This document shows, piece by piece, positions 29,005 to 37,909 of a stretch of 64,000 nucleotides of DNA. This DNA is from Gammaproteobacteria bacterium. GTDB lineage: Bacteria > Pseudomonadota > Gammaproteobacteria > Eutrophobiales > Eutrophobiaceae. The translations under genes were made by a program, and so were the position numbers. A model generated the notes under the pieces. The model ran no database searches, had not been told where the DNA came from, and was given only the letters and a program-made list of their open reading frames with translations. The stretch lies in NCBI GenBank assembly GCA_004297165.1, contig SCUJ01000006.1, positions 1,052,464 through 1,116,463 of the forward strand. The letters run 5' to 3'. Position 1 is the first letter of the stretch; each line of letters begins with the position of its first letter.

Positions 29005-29553
29005 TTAGCCCTGTATCGCAGCGGGCATGACCACGTTGATTATCTTTTCAACGTCCGGCCGATCGGCGGGCCCCCGACCAACATGATGCAGCCGGACGAT
29101 CCCGCCGGGGTCGATCAGGACATCGCCGCCGCGTTGCATCACATCGGCGCCGGCCCGTCTCAGGCCCTGTCCTTTCCGTAATTCGCGCACATAGGCCAGC
29201 CAACTCGCGGGTCCCCAGACATCCATGAACGAGGCCCGCAACATGCCATAGGCCCGATAAAGCCCCCGCGTTTCGTCGATGAGCAGCGGCCACTCGATCC
29301 CGGTCTCCTCGATATAGGCACGGCAGAGGAATGGTCGGTCAAACGTAACCACGGCAACGCGCACATCCAGTGCCTCCAGATCCGCCTGCCGTTCGCGCAA
29401 CTGCGCGAGATGCCCACGGCAGGGCAGTCAACCGAGATGCCGGTGAAAGACGAGCAGGAGCCAGTGGCCGGAGAAATTCTGCAGGCAGCAGATCCTGCCC
29501 TGGAAGTCAGGCAAGGAAAATGGCGCAGCGGGCCGGTCGGTTTGTAACTGCAT
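29005..29553 (-). CDS. Peroxiredoxin-like (AhpC/TSA_2/Redoxin-family) thiol-disulfide oxidoreductase, probable selenoprotein with U-x-x-C motif (in-frame TGA at 29428-29430)
   Basis: Two track ORFs (29428-29715 and 29005-29400, both minus) are in the same frame, separated only by a TGA. Joined protein: MQLQTDRPAAPFSLPDFQGRICCLQNFSGHWLLLVFHRHLG-U-LPCRGHLAQLRERQADLEALDVRVAVVTFD... The TGA sits exactly where Prx-like proteins have the first Cys of CxxC, and a stem-loop follows it. Confidence 0.6.
29386..29422 (-). promoter_or_regulatory. SECIS-like stem-loop beginning 6 nt downstream of the in-frame UGA (7-bp lower stem, internal loop, 6-bp GC-rich upper stem, AGUU apical loop)
   Basis: Minus-strand RNA: UGA cugcc-CUGCCGU-gggcauc-UCGCGC-AGUU-GCGCGA-ACGGCAG. 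Apical loop about 26-29 nt after the UGA, as in bacterial SECIS elements. Confidence 0.5.
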
Positions 29554-29653
29554 GGTATCCTGCAAAGACTGGTCGATATAAATTTCACACATATATATGC
29601 CAAGTCGGGCGGACTGTATAGAATTCAAAATAAATTTATAAAGGGAAACCGCC

Positions 29654-31303
29654 ATGACCAGAATGACCTGCGGCACCGCCATCGTCAAAACCCTCCAACA
29701 ATACGGCGTCGACACCGTCTTCGGCGTTCCCGGCGCGCAGACCTACGACTTCTTCGATGCCATTGCCCAGGCCGATCCGCCGATCCGCTACATCGGCGCT
29801 CGGCATGAGCAGAGCACCGCCTACATGGCCTTCGGTTACGCCAAGGCGACCGGCCGGGTCGGCGTCTATTCCGTGGTGCCGGGACCGGGCATGCTCAACT
29901 CGGCGGCCGCCCTCTGTTCCGCCTATGGCGCGAGCACGCCGATACTCTGTGTCACAGGCCATGTGCCGACCCAATTCATCGGTTCGGGCAAGGGTGCCCT
30001 GCACGAGTTGCCCGATCAACTCGCGACCCTGCGCTCGCTTACGAAATGGGCGGGGCGCATCGATCACCCCGCGCAGGCCCCGGAACAGGTCGCCGAGGCC
30101 TTCCGGCAGATGCTTTCCGGACGCCCGCAACCGGCCGCGCTGGAGATCCCGTGGGACATTCTGGCCATGAGCGGCGAGGTCGATCTGCCCCCGGCCGTGG
30201 CCCCGCTCCCGGCGCCGACGCCGGACCAGGCGCAGATCGACGCGGCCATCGCCCTGCTCAAGGCGGCGCGCAATCCCATGATCATGGTCGGCGGCGGGGC
30301 CTTGCACGCCGCGCGGGAAGTGCTGGCGCTCGCGGAATTGCTGCAAGCCCCCGTGGTCTCCTTTCGCAGCGGCCGAGGCATCGTGAGCGACGCGCATCAT
30401 CTCGGCTTCAACTGCGCGGAAGGCGCGTTGCGCTGGCCGGAAACGGATGTCCTGATCGGGATCGGTTCGCGCATGGAACTGTCCTGGGCCCGCTGGACGG
30501 GACCGGCGCGCCCGCAGAACCTGAAACTCATCCGCATCGACATCGATCCCAAAGAGATGATCAGGCACCGCGCCGACGCCGCGATCCTCGCCGATGCCGT
30601 AACCGGGACCGCTGCCCTCACGGCCGCCTGCGCGGCGGAAGGCATCCTGGCGCCATCGCGCGAGGCGGAATTTTCGCGCCTCAAACATAACCGTCGCGCC
30701 GAGATTCAAAAAAAACTGCAACCCGAGGCGGATTATTTGCGGGTGATTCGAGAGCGCCTTCCCCAGGATGGATTTTTCGTGGAGGAGGTCTCCCAGGTGG
30801 GGTTCTCCTCCTATGTCAGTTTCCCGGTTTATTCGCCCCGCACCTTCGTCACCTGCGGCTACCAGGGCACACTCGGATTCGGCTTTCCCACCGCGCTGGG
30901 CGTCAAGCTGGCCCATCCGGATCGCCCGGTCGTCGCCATCAGCGGCGACGGCGGCTTCATGTTCGGGATGCAGGAACTCGCCACAGCGGCGCAGTACGAC
31001 ATCGGCCTGGTGACCATCGTTTTCAACAACCATTCGTATGCGAACATCCGCCGCGACCAGAAGCGCTTTTATCAGGGTCACCTGCTGGGGGCCGATCTTC
31101 AAAATCCCGACTTCGTCGCACTGGCGCGCGCCTTCGGGGTGGACGGTTACCGGGTTGATTCGCCGGCCGCCCTCGGCCCCTGCCTCGAACAGGCGTTGGT
31201 CAAGGGCGCCCCGGCCTTGATCGAGGTGGAGGTTGCAATCGACTCCGAGGCCTCGCCCTGGCAATTCCTCATGCCGGGGACGGCCTACGGCGCCGCGCCA
31301 TAG
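29654..31303 (+). CDS. Thiamine pyrophosphate-dependent enzyme (acetolactate synthase large subunit/benzoylformate decarboxylase/Xsc-like fold), substrate unknown
   Basis: 549 aa. N-terminal TPP pyrimidine-binding domain, central domain, and C-terminal GDGGFMF...NN TPP-binding motif. Confidence 0.8.
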   Translation: MTRMTCGTAIVKTLQQYGVDTVFGVPGAQTYDFFDAIAQADPPIRYIGARHEQSTAYMAFGYAKATGRVGVYSVVPGPGMLNSAAALCSAYGASTPILCVTGHVPTQFIGSGKGALHELPDQLATLRSLTKWAGRIDHPAQAPEQVAEAFRQMLSGRPQPAALEIPWDILAMSGEVDLPPAVAPLPAPTPDQAQIDAAIALLKAARNPMIMVGGGALHAAREVLALAELLQAPVVSFRSGRGIVSDAHHLGFNCAEGALRWPETDVLIGIGSRMELSWARWTGPARPQNLKLIRIDIDPKEMIRHRADAAILADAVTGTAALTAACAAEGILAPSREAEFSRLKHNRRAEIQKKLQPEADYLRVIRERLPQDGFFVEEVSQVGFSSYVSFPVYSPRTFVTCGYQGTLGFGFPTALGVKLAHPDRPVVAISGDGGFMFGMQELATAAQYDIGLVTIVFNNHSYANIRRDQKRFYQGHLLGADLQNPDFVALARAFGVDGYRVDSPAALGPCLEQALVKGAPALIEVEVAIDSEASPWQFLMPGTAYGAAP

Positions 31304-31323
31304 CAGGTTTCTGGTCAATCCCG

Positions 31324-32046
31324 TTGTCTGACCTTGTAGCCTGGGTGCTCGCCGCCGGCATCCTCCTCTTCGGTTGCTGGCTGCAAACCGCGCTCGGATT
31401 CGGCATGGCGGTGGTCGCCACGCCCATCATCGTGATCATCCGGCCGCAATGGGTGCCCGTGGTATTGAGCATCACCGCCCTGCAACTGTGCCTGGTCAAC
31501 ACCTGGAACCAGCGGCAATACTGTGATTTCAGTGGCATGCTGACGCCGGTCCTGACCCGCATCCCCGGCACCTGCGCGGGGATCTGGCTGCTGCTGCGCA
31601 TGGAGACGCGCACGCTGCAAATCCTCGTCGCCGTCTGTGTACTTTTGGCGGTGCTGGTCAGCGTCAGCGCCGCGCAGTTCCGTACCACGCCATTTCGGCT
31701 CGGTCTCGCGGGCTTTTTCAGCGGGCTCATGGGCACTTCCACTTCCATAGGCGGACCGCCCATGGCCCTGGTCATGCAGCATGGAGACCCGCGCACTGTC
31801 CGCGCGAATCTCTCCCTCTATTTTACCTATGGGTGCCTGATCAGCCTCGCGGGTTACGCCCTCTCCGGATTGCTCGATCGTCAACTCGTCCTGATTAGTC
31901 TCAGCTTCCTGCCCATCTCCCTGTTGGGATTCTTCACCGGCATCCGGGCGCGTCAATTCATCGACAAAAAACGGTTCAGGGTACTGTTGCTGGGGTTGTG
32001 CATCCTGTCCGCAAGCGTGGCCCTGGCCACGGCGCTGCTATGGTAG
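31324..32046 (+). CDS. TauE/SafE (TSUP, DUF81) family sulfite/anion exporter
   Basis: 240 aa, 7-8 TM helices, Gly-rich repeated halves typical of TSUP. Confidence 0.75.
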   Translation: MSDLVAWVLAAGILLFGCWLQTALGFGMAVVATPIIVIIRPQWVPVVLSITALQLCLVNTWNQRQYCDFSGMLTPVLTRIPGTCAGIWLLLRMETRTLQILVAVCVLLAVLVSVSAAQFRTTPFRLGLAGFFSGLMGTSTSIGGPPMALVMQHGDPRTVRANLSLYFTYGCLISLAGYALSGLLDRQLVLISLSFLPISLLGFFTGIRARQFIDKKRFRVLLLGLCILSASVALATALLW

Positions 32047-32111
32047 TACATTCGATTTGCAGTCTGGTTAACTTTGGATAAATATAGCGGCCTGTTTTTG
32101 GAGGAGTCATC

Positions 32112-32873
32112 ATGCAGACAGCAAAAAAGAAACCCATCGCCCTGATCGCCATTGTCCTCATCCTGGTCATTATCGGGTTATCCCTATTTTCGAGGCGCCT
32201 GGCGACCCCGCTGGAACCCGCCGCCAACGAACCGGCGTCAGCAACAACACCGGCCGCACCCCCTGCCACTGCGCCAGCCCCAACAGTATCCGACGCCGCC
32301 GCAGCACCGGCCGCGGCCGTGAGCACTCCATCTGCCTCCGCCGGATCCGCCCAGGCTTGGTCCGTTGTAGAGGGCGAGAGCCGCCTCGGTTTTGAAGGCG
32401 ATTATTCCGGCTCCGGTTTCTCCGGCCAGTTCCCGCGGTTTACGGCGGTCATCAATTTTGACCCGGACCATCTGGAAGATTCCGGCTTTAATGTGACCGT
32501 GGACACCACCTCGGTCACCACCTTCAACGCGGACTGGGATTCGAATCTTGGGACCAAGGACTGGTTCGACTTCGGCAGCTATCCCAACGCCACCTATGTG
32601 ACCCACTCTTTCCGCAATCTGGGACCGGGGCAATTCGCAGCGCTCGGCACCCTCGACCTCAAGGGCCACCAGAAGGAGGTGGAGTTGCGCTTCCAATGGA
32701 CCACCAACGCGGAAGGACAAACCCTGCTGGAAGGCCAGGCCAAGCTGCTCGGCGACGCCGAGGTCAATCGTCAGGATTTCCGGATCGGTGACGGCGAGTG
32801 GTACGAGAACAGCACCGTCGGTTACAAGGTGATGGTGAAGGTCAGCCTGCTCCTGCAAAAAGCCCCGCAATAA
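32112..32873 (+). CDS. YceI family periplasmic protein (polyisoprenoid-binding) with an Ala/Pro-rich linker
   Basis: Signal anchor plus a low-complexity linker. The C-terminal ~170 aa have YceI-like beta-barrel motifs (SRLGFEG..., GTLDLKGHQKEVEL). Confidence 0.7.
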   Translation: MQTAKKKPIALIAIVLILVIIGLSLFSRRLATPLEPAANEPASATTPAAPPATAPAPTVSDAAAAPAAAVSTPSASAGSAQAWSVVEGESRLGFEGDYSGSGFSGQFPRFTAVINFDPDHLEDSGFNVTVDTTSVTTFNADWDSNLGTKDWFDFGSYPNATYVTHSFRNLGPGQFAALGTLDLKGHQKEVELRFQWTTNAEGQTLLEGQAKLLGDAEVNRQDFRIGDGEWYENSTVGYKVMVKVSLLLQKAPQ

Positions 32874-32941
32874 ACCTCAGACGGGGAACCTCGGCGCCTC
32901 GCGGAGGTTCCCCTCCCCCTCCGGCGCCGGACAGGCCGGTA

Positions 32942-33580
32942 TCAGATGGAATAATCCATGGTGTGCAATCCGCACTCGCGGTCGCTCTTGACCTTGGTGG
33001 GATCGAAATAGTTTTCCACCTGTGGGAGCGCATGCTCCTTGAGATAGACCTCCATGTCGGCCTCGGACCAGTGCAGGAACGGCGCCACCTTGAGCACGCC
33101 GTTCGGCCCCTTGCTGATGACCTCCAGGGATTTGCGGAAGGTGGTCTCCTCCCGCCGGATCGCCGTGATCCAGAACCTGGGCTTCAAGGCGTCCAGGGCC
33201 CGCTGAAAGGGTTCGAGCTTGACCTGCCGGGTGAATTCCGGATGCAGATCGCTGCTCAGGCTGGGTATGCCCTTCATCAAGGCATCGCGTCTGGCCGCGG
33301 TGATCTGCGGGATGTAGATATGTATGTTGAGTTGCAGATCCTTAATCAACTTCTCGGCGTAAACATAGGTTTCCCAGGTGTTGTAGCCCGAGTCGACCCA
33401 GACCACGGGTATATCGGACCGCACCCGCGTCGCGGCATGGAGCATGACGGCCGAATAGGGCCCAAAGCTCGTGCTTACGATGGCCGGCTCGGCCTGGTTC
33501 ACGGTCCACTGGATGATCTCATGCGGCATTTTATCCGCCAGTTCATGATTGCCCAGCGACTGCAACTCGTCAGGTGACAC
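32942..33580 (-). CDS. cysH: Phosphoadenosine phosphosulfate (PAPS) reductase family protein (CysH-like, thioredoxin-dependent type; no Fe-S Cys pairs)
   Basis: 212 aa. PAPS_reduct fold (IVSTSFGPYSAVMLH...) and the C-terminal ECGLH catalytic motif. Confidence 0.7.
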   Translation of the reverse strand: MSPDELQSLGNHELADKMPHEIIQWTVNQAEPAIVSTSFGPYSAVMLHAATRVRSDIPVVWVDSGYNTWETYVYAEKLIKDLQLNIHIYIPQITAARRDALMKGIPSLSSDLHPEFTRQVKLEPFQRALDALKPRFWITAIRREETTFRKSLEVISKGPNGVLKVAPFLHWSEADMEVYLKEHALPQVENYFDPTKVKSDRECGLHTMDYSI

Positions 33581-33707
33581 GTCGTTTAAGTTCCGTAAAA
33601 GCTAGAGGTTGATGAAAAACGCAGTATTATATTGATATTGGCAGGATGAGTCATTTTCAATTGCCATTTCCGGCGCCAGCAGGGGCTTTTTAAGGGGAAT
33701 CCTCCAC

Positions 33708-34718
33708 ATGCTTGATGAAAACAACCGTCGCCTGCGACAGCTCGACACCCTGATCGAGATGACCCGTCTCATTAATTCCACCCTCGATACCCATCTGGTG
33801 CGTGAAAAATCGATCGCCGCCATCATGCAATTGATGGATTCCGAGGCCGCCAGCATGCTCCTGCTCGACGCCGGGACCAACGAGTTGTACTTCGAGGTCG
33901 CCCTAGGCGAAAAACATAACGAGATCCAGTCCATCCGCATCGAGGCCGGCAAAGGCATCGCCGGCCATGTGGCCCGCACGGGCATCCCCCTCATCGTGAA
34001 GGATGCGCAGAAAGACGATCGTTTTTATCCCGGCGTCGATGAGACCAGCGGCTTCAAGACGCGCGATATCCTGTGCGTGCCCATCATTTCCAAGGAACAG
34101 ACGCTCGGGGTTTTGCAGGCCATCAACCGGCGCGAAGGCGAATTCGGCGAAGAGGATGAGATCATCCTGCACGCCCTCGCGAACCAGGTTGCGGTCGCCA
34201 TCGAGAACGCCGCCCTGTATCGGGATTCCATCTCCGACGGCCTGACCGGGATCTACCAGCGCCGCTATCTGGACCTGCGCCTCAAGGAGGAGATGCACAC
34301 CGCGAAACGCTACCAGCACCCGCTCTCCATCATGATGCTCGATGTCGATCATTTCAAACAGGTCAACGATCGCTATGGCCATACCTCCGGGGATGAAGTG
34401 CTGAAAAAGGTCGCGGCGGTCATGAAGCAGGGCACCCGCATGAGCGATGTCGTCGGCCGTTATGGCGGGGAAGAGTTCATGATTATCGTGCCCTTCATCG
34501 CCCAGCGCGATGTGGAGAGCCTCGCCGAGCGCATCCGCCGCGCCATCGCCGCGAGCGACATCAACGGCATCAAGGTGACGATCAGCATCGGCGTCGCGCA
34601 TTTCGATGGCCGCCCCGGCAAGGTGGAATATGACCGCCTGCTGGAACTGGCGGACAATGCCCTCTATGAGGCGAAGACCAGCGGCCGGAATAAAGTCGCG
34701 GTGCGACTGCCAAGATAG
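33708..34718 (+). CDS. GAF domain-containing diguanylate cyclase (GGDEF, intact RYGGEEF A-site)
   Basis: GAF (res ~20-170), then GGDEF with RYGGEEF and DxLT. Confidence 0.85.
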   Translation: MLDENNRRLRQLDTLIEMTRLINSTLDTHLVREKSIAAIMQLMDSEAASMLLLDAGTNELYFEVALGEKHNEIQSIRIEAGKGIAGHVARTGIPLIVKDAQKDDRFYPGVDETSGFKTRDILCVPIISKEQTLGVLQAINRREGEFGEEDEIILHALANQVAVAIENAALYRDSISDGLTGIYQRRYLDLRLKEEMHTAKRYQHPLSIMMLDVDHFKQVNDRYGHTSGDEVLKKVAAVMKQGTRMSDVVGRYGGEEFMIIVPFIAQRDVESLAERIRRAIAASDINGIKVTISIGVAHFDGRPGKVEYDRLLELADNALYEAKTSGRNKVAVRLPR

Positions 34719-34824
34719 CTGTCAACGTGGCAGCGTGAATTATCGTATTGTCAGCCTGAGGTTTTCTGCCCCATACTTGCGGCATTCTCCACCGATGAGG
34801 CGACCAGACGCTGGTTGAACCCGC

Positions 34825-35496
34825 ATGCATCCATCCCGTAAATCCGTTCTTGTCCTTTTAATTCTCTGGTCGGTCGCCGGTCTGTGCGGCGATGCCTTCA
34901 AGGAAGGCGGCGAGGCTTACAAGCAGGGGGATTACGCGACCGCGGCGGCCAAATTCAAGGAAGTGGCGGAGGTGGGCGATCATCGCGCCATGTACGCCCT
35001 GGGTTCCATGTACGCCTCGGGCAATGGGGTGACGAAGGATTATCAGCAGGCCTTTACCTGGTTCAGCAAGGCGGCCGGTTACGGACGCACCGACGCGCAA
35101 TACAAACTTGGCCTGATGTACGACATCGGGATTGGCGTGAAAAAAAATCCGCGCCGCGCCATCCGCCTCTACGACGCCGCGGCAAAGAAAGGTTATGCCC
35201 ATGCCCAGTTCCGTCTGGGTCTGATGTACGCGCAGGGCAACGGCGTGAAGCAGGACAACATCAAGGCCTATGCATGGTTCAAGACAGCGGAGACCAACTA
35301 TGCGGCGGAAAGCGCCGCCGAACCCACCGACGCCGACGCCGCACCCGTGGATGGGCAACCTCCTGCAGATGACCCTTTCGCCGCGATCCATGCCGGGATG
35401 ATTCAAACCGCACTGCAGGACCTGACCGCGAAGCTGACGCCGGATGAGTTGCGCGCTGCGCAATCCCTGGCGCAGGAGTATCTGCGCCTTCGCTAA
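34825..35496 (+). CDS. Sel1-repeat (TPR-like) periplasmic protein
   Basis: Signal peptide plus four to five Sel1 repeats (A..Y.LG.MY..G.GV..D...A..W..KAA). Confidence 0.75.
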   Translation: MHPSRKSVLVLLILWSVAGLCGDAFKEGGEAYKQGDYATAAAKFKEVAEVGDHRAMYALGSMYASGNGVTKDYQQAFTWFSKAAGYGRTDAQYKLGLMYDIGIGVKKNPRRAIRLYDAAAKKGYAHAQFRLGLMYAQGNGVKQDNIKAYAWFKTAETNYAAESAAEPTDADAAPVDGQPPADDPFAAIHAGMIQTALQDLTAKLTPDELRAAQSLAQEYLRLR

Positions 35497-35580
35497 CGGC
35501 AGGCGGGATTGACTCAACCCGCGGATACCCATACATTGTCCGCGATTTTTTTAAAGCCACCGGAACCACAGGCTCAGCCC

Positions 35581-36933
35581 ATGCAAAACAAGAATAACAA
35601 CGACTCCTTCGAATCCCTCTCCCCTGCCGAAAAGCTCCAGTTTCGCCTGGATGCCTGGAAAGAAAGCGCCGGACGGACCTTCGCGTCGGATGAGGTCAGA
35701 GACCTCTACCGAAAGCGCGTCGGCCGTCTGATCGACGCCATGACCCTAAAGGATTCCGGGGAGACGCCGGCGGCCTTGCTGATCGGCGGCTACACGGCGC
35801 GCTTCGGCGGCGCGAGCCAGGCGGACATCTATTACAACAGCGAAAACATCTGCAAGGCGGTGATCCGCTTCATCGAGGAATTCAAACCTGACTATGCCTT
35901 CGGCACCATGGCGCCGACCGGACCCATCTATGACCTGCTCGGTTACAACACCTATCGCTGGCCGGGCGGGAAACTCCCCCCGGACGTCTCCTTCCAGTAC
36001 GTCGAGGGCGAATATATGCCCGCCGGCGATTACGACGCCCTGATCAACGACCCTACGGGCTACATGATGCGCCGCTATGCCCCGCGGGTCTTCGACAACC
36101 TGAAAGGTCTGGCCCGGATGCCCAATTTCTTCAAGACCATGCAGATCACCGAGGTCATCAGCATGGTCATGGCCTTCACCCATCCGGAGTTGCGTGAGGC
36201 GCTCGAGAGATTGCTCAAGGCCGGCGAGATGCTGAAGGCCGGGATGGAGAAATCCCGCAAGACCAACCTGGAATTGACGGAACGCTACGGCGTCTCGGGT
36301 TTCTTCACCAACATCTGCTTCGCGCCCTTCGACATGATCGGGGACACGCTGCGCGGCACCCAGGGCGTGCTGATGGACATCTACCGCCGCCCCGACAAGC
36401 TGCTCGCCGCCTGCGAGGCCGTGGTCCCTGCCGCCATCGACATGTCCATCACCAACCGCATGCCCGGCGCCCCGCCGATCTCCTTCATCCCCCTGCACAA
36501 GGGCGCGGACGCCTTCATGTCGCGCGAACAGTTCAAAGTCTTCTATTGGCCAACCCTGCGCAAGCAGATCGACGGCATCATCGAGGCGGGCATGATCCCC
36601 CTGCTCTTCGTCGAGGGCGGTTACGACAAGCGCCTCGACCTCATCGCCGAGGCGGGACTGCCGAAAGGCAAGACCGTCTGGCTGTTCGACCGCACCGATA
36701 TGCAAAAGGCGAAGGAGTATCTGGGCGATGTCGCCTGCATCGCCGGCAACGTCCCCGCCTCGCAGTTTTCCGCGGGCACGCCGGAGAGCATCGAGGAACA
36801 ATGCCGGCAACTGATAGCAACCGCCGGCAAGGGTGGCGGCTTCATACTTTCATCCGGCAGCCCCATCGATCAGGCCAAGGCGGAAAACGTTCATGCCTTC
36901 TACCGGGCTGGAAGGAAATATGGCTTGAAGTAG
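35581..36933 (+). CDS. Uroporphyrinogen decarboxylase (URO-D) family protein (MtaA/CmuA-like methyltransferase fold; function unknown)
   Basis: About 450 aa with URO-D-like TIM-barrel segments. Start taken at MQNKNNND (the track ORF starts at 35509). Confidence 0.65.
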   Translation: MQNKNNNDSFESLSPAEKLQFRLDAWKESAGRTFASDEVRDLYRKRVGRLIDAMTLKDSGETPAALLIGGYTARFGGASQADIYYNSENICKAVIRFIEEFKPDYAFGTMAPTGPIYDLLGYNTYRWPGGKLPPDVSFQYVEGEYMPAGDYDALINDPTGYMMRRYAPRVFDNLKGLARMPNFFKTMQITEVISMVMAFTHPELREALERLLKAGEMLKAGMEKSRKTNLELTERYGVSGFFTNICFAPFDMIGDTLRGTQGVLMDIYRRPDKLLAACEAVVPAAIDMSITNRMPGAPPISFIPLHKGADAFMSREQFKVFYWPTLRKQIDGIIEAGMIPLLFVEGGYDKRLDLIAEAGLPKGKTVWLFDRTDMQKAKEYLGDVACIAGNVPASQFSAGTPESIEEQCRQLIATAGKGGGFILSSGSPIDQAKAENVHAFYRAGRKYGLK

Positions 36934-36996
36934 GCTTCTGTCTGCCTATACTTGTAGTTGAGTGGTAGCCACTTCACCTGCCACGATCCGTGGCAC

Positions 36997-37036
36997 GAAC
37001 CCCCGTCCCGCCAATGGCCCCACGGGGGTTCTTCGT
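36997..37036 (+). terminator. Candidate rho-independent terminator (GAACCCCCGT-15 nt loop-ACGGGGGTTC followed by TTCGTT)
   Basis: 10-bp perfect GC-rich stem 64 nt after the URO-D-family stop. Preceded by a second small hairpin CCACG-atc-CGTGG at 36981-36993. Confidence 0.4.
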
Positions 37037-37438
37037 TAAGGCCAACTACGCCTTCCGGTTTTAGCCCGCCAGCTCCTACCCATTCAAACCAGCCCCTGGA
37101 TATGAAAAGCTGGGCCCTATCATAAAAATTGGGCGCAGTAAATAGTCCATTTGCATCCCTCCTGGCATCGGATATAGACTTTGTCCAGATCTAGTATTTC
37201 ATACTGAATATTTAATGAGATTAAACACATTTTCCTACCCAAAACAGGGTATATCAATGATGGAACGACGAGGGTAGAATTTTCAACTATAGTGAAACAG
37301 ACCTTCCACCACTGCATAAAATTTACAGAGTAAGACCATAAGATTACAGAACTTTTTCGATAGATATTTTCGCGAAGGGTTGCACGAGATCTTAAACCGG
37401 TAATCCCATGCCTCGGCAGTTACAGTGGAGTCTTCGTA

Positions 37439-37906
37439 GTGGCTAAAACGGCAACATTGGTTCAACTGGTCCTGTTCATCGTTGACGAGCAAACCTACGC
37501 GCTGCCGCTGGCCGCGGCGGAGCGGGTCCTGCGCATAGTCGAAATCACGCCCCTGCCGGGAGCCCCCGACTCCGTCGAAGGCGTCATCAATATTCAGGGC
37601 GATGTGGTCATTGTCGTGAGCGTCCGCAGACGCCTCGGCCTTGCCGAACGGTCGGCAGGGGCGGCCGACAGCCTGATTGTGGCGCGAGCGCGCGCCAGGC
37701 GAGTCGCCATCATCGCGGAGTCCGTGGTGGGCGTTGTAGAGCGCCCGGTTGACGCTGTGGTAAGCGCCGGCCACATCACGCCCGGCATCGAACCTATCGA
37801 GGGCGTGCTCAAGACGAGTGAAGGCCTGGTATTGATCCACGATCTGGACCGGTTCTTCTCGGCTACGGAAGAACAGTTCCTGGATCAGGCCCTGGAAAGG
37901 CTCTGA
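37439..37906 (+). CDS. cheW: Chemotaxis coupling protein CheW (WspB-like)
   Basis: 155 aa single CheW domain (…YALPLAAAERVLRIVEITPLPGAPDSVEGVINIQGDVV…). Confidence 0.8.
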   Translation: MAKTATLVQLVLFIVDEQTYALPLAAAERVLRIVEITPLPGAPDSVEGVINIQGDVVIVVSVRRRLGLAERSAGAADSLIVARARARRVAIIAESVVGVVERPVDAVVSAGHITPGIEPIEGVLKTSEGLVLIHDLDRFFSATEEQFLDQALERL

Positions 37907-37909
37907 CGT

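Noticed and set aside
29160-29603. Minus-strand 147-aa Cys/Ser/Arg-rich ORF overlapping the Prx-like gene in another frame
   Set aside because: Alternative-frame artefact. The frame containing the thioredoxin-fold motifs (PFSLPDF...VVTFD...) is the real one.
36934-37438. Possible tRNA/tmRNA or small protein gene in the large intergenic region
   Set aside because: No cloverleaf-compatible segments or GGTTCGAATCC-like T-arm found by eye. The only ORF (37120-37317, minus) is AT-rich with implausible composition. Left as a regulatory leader.
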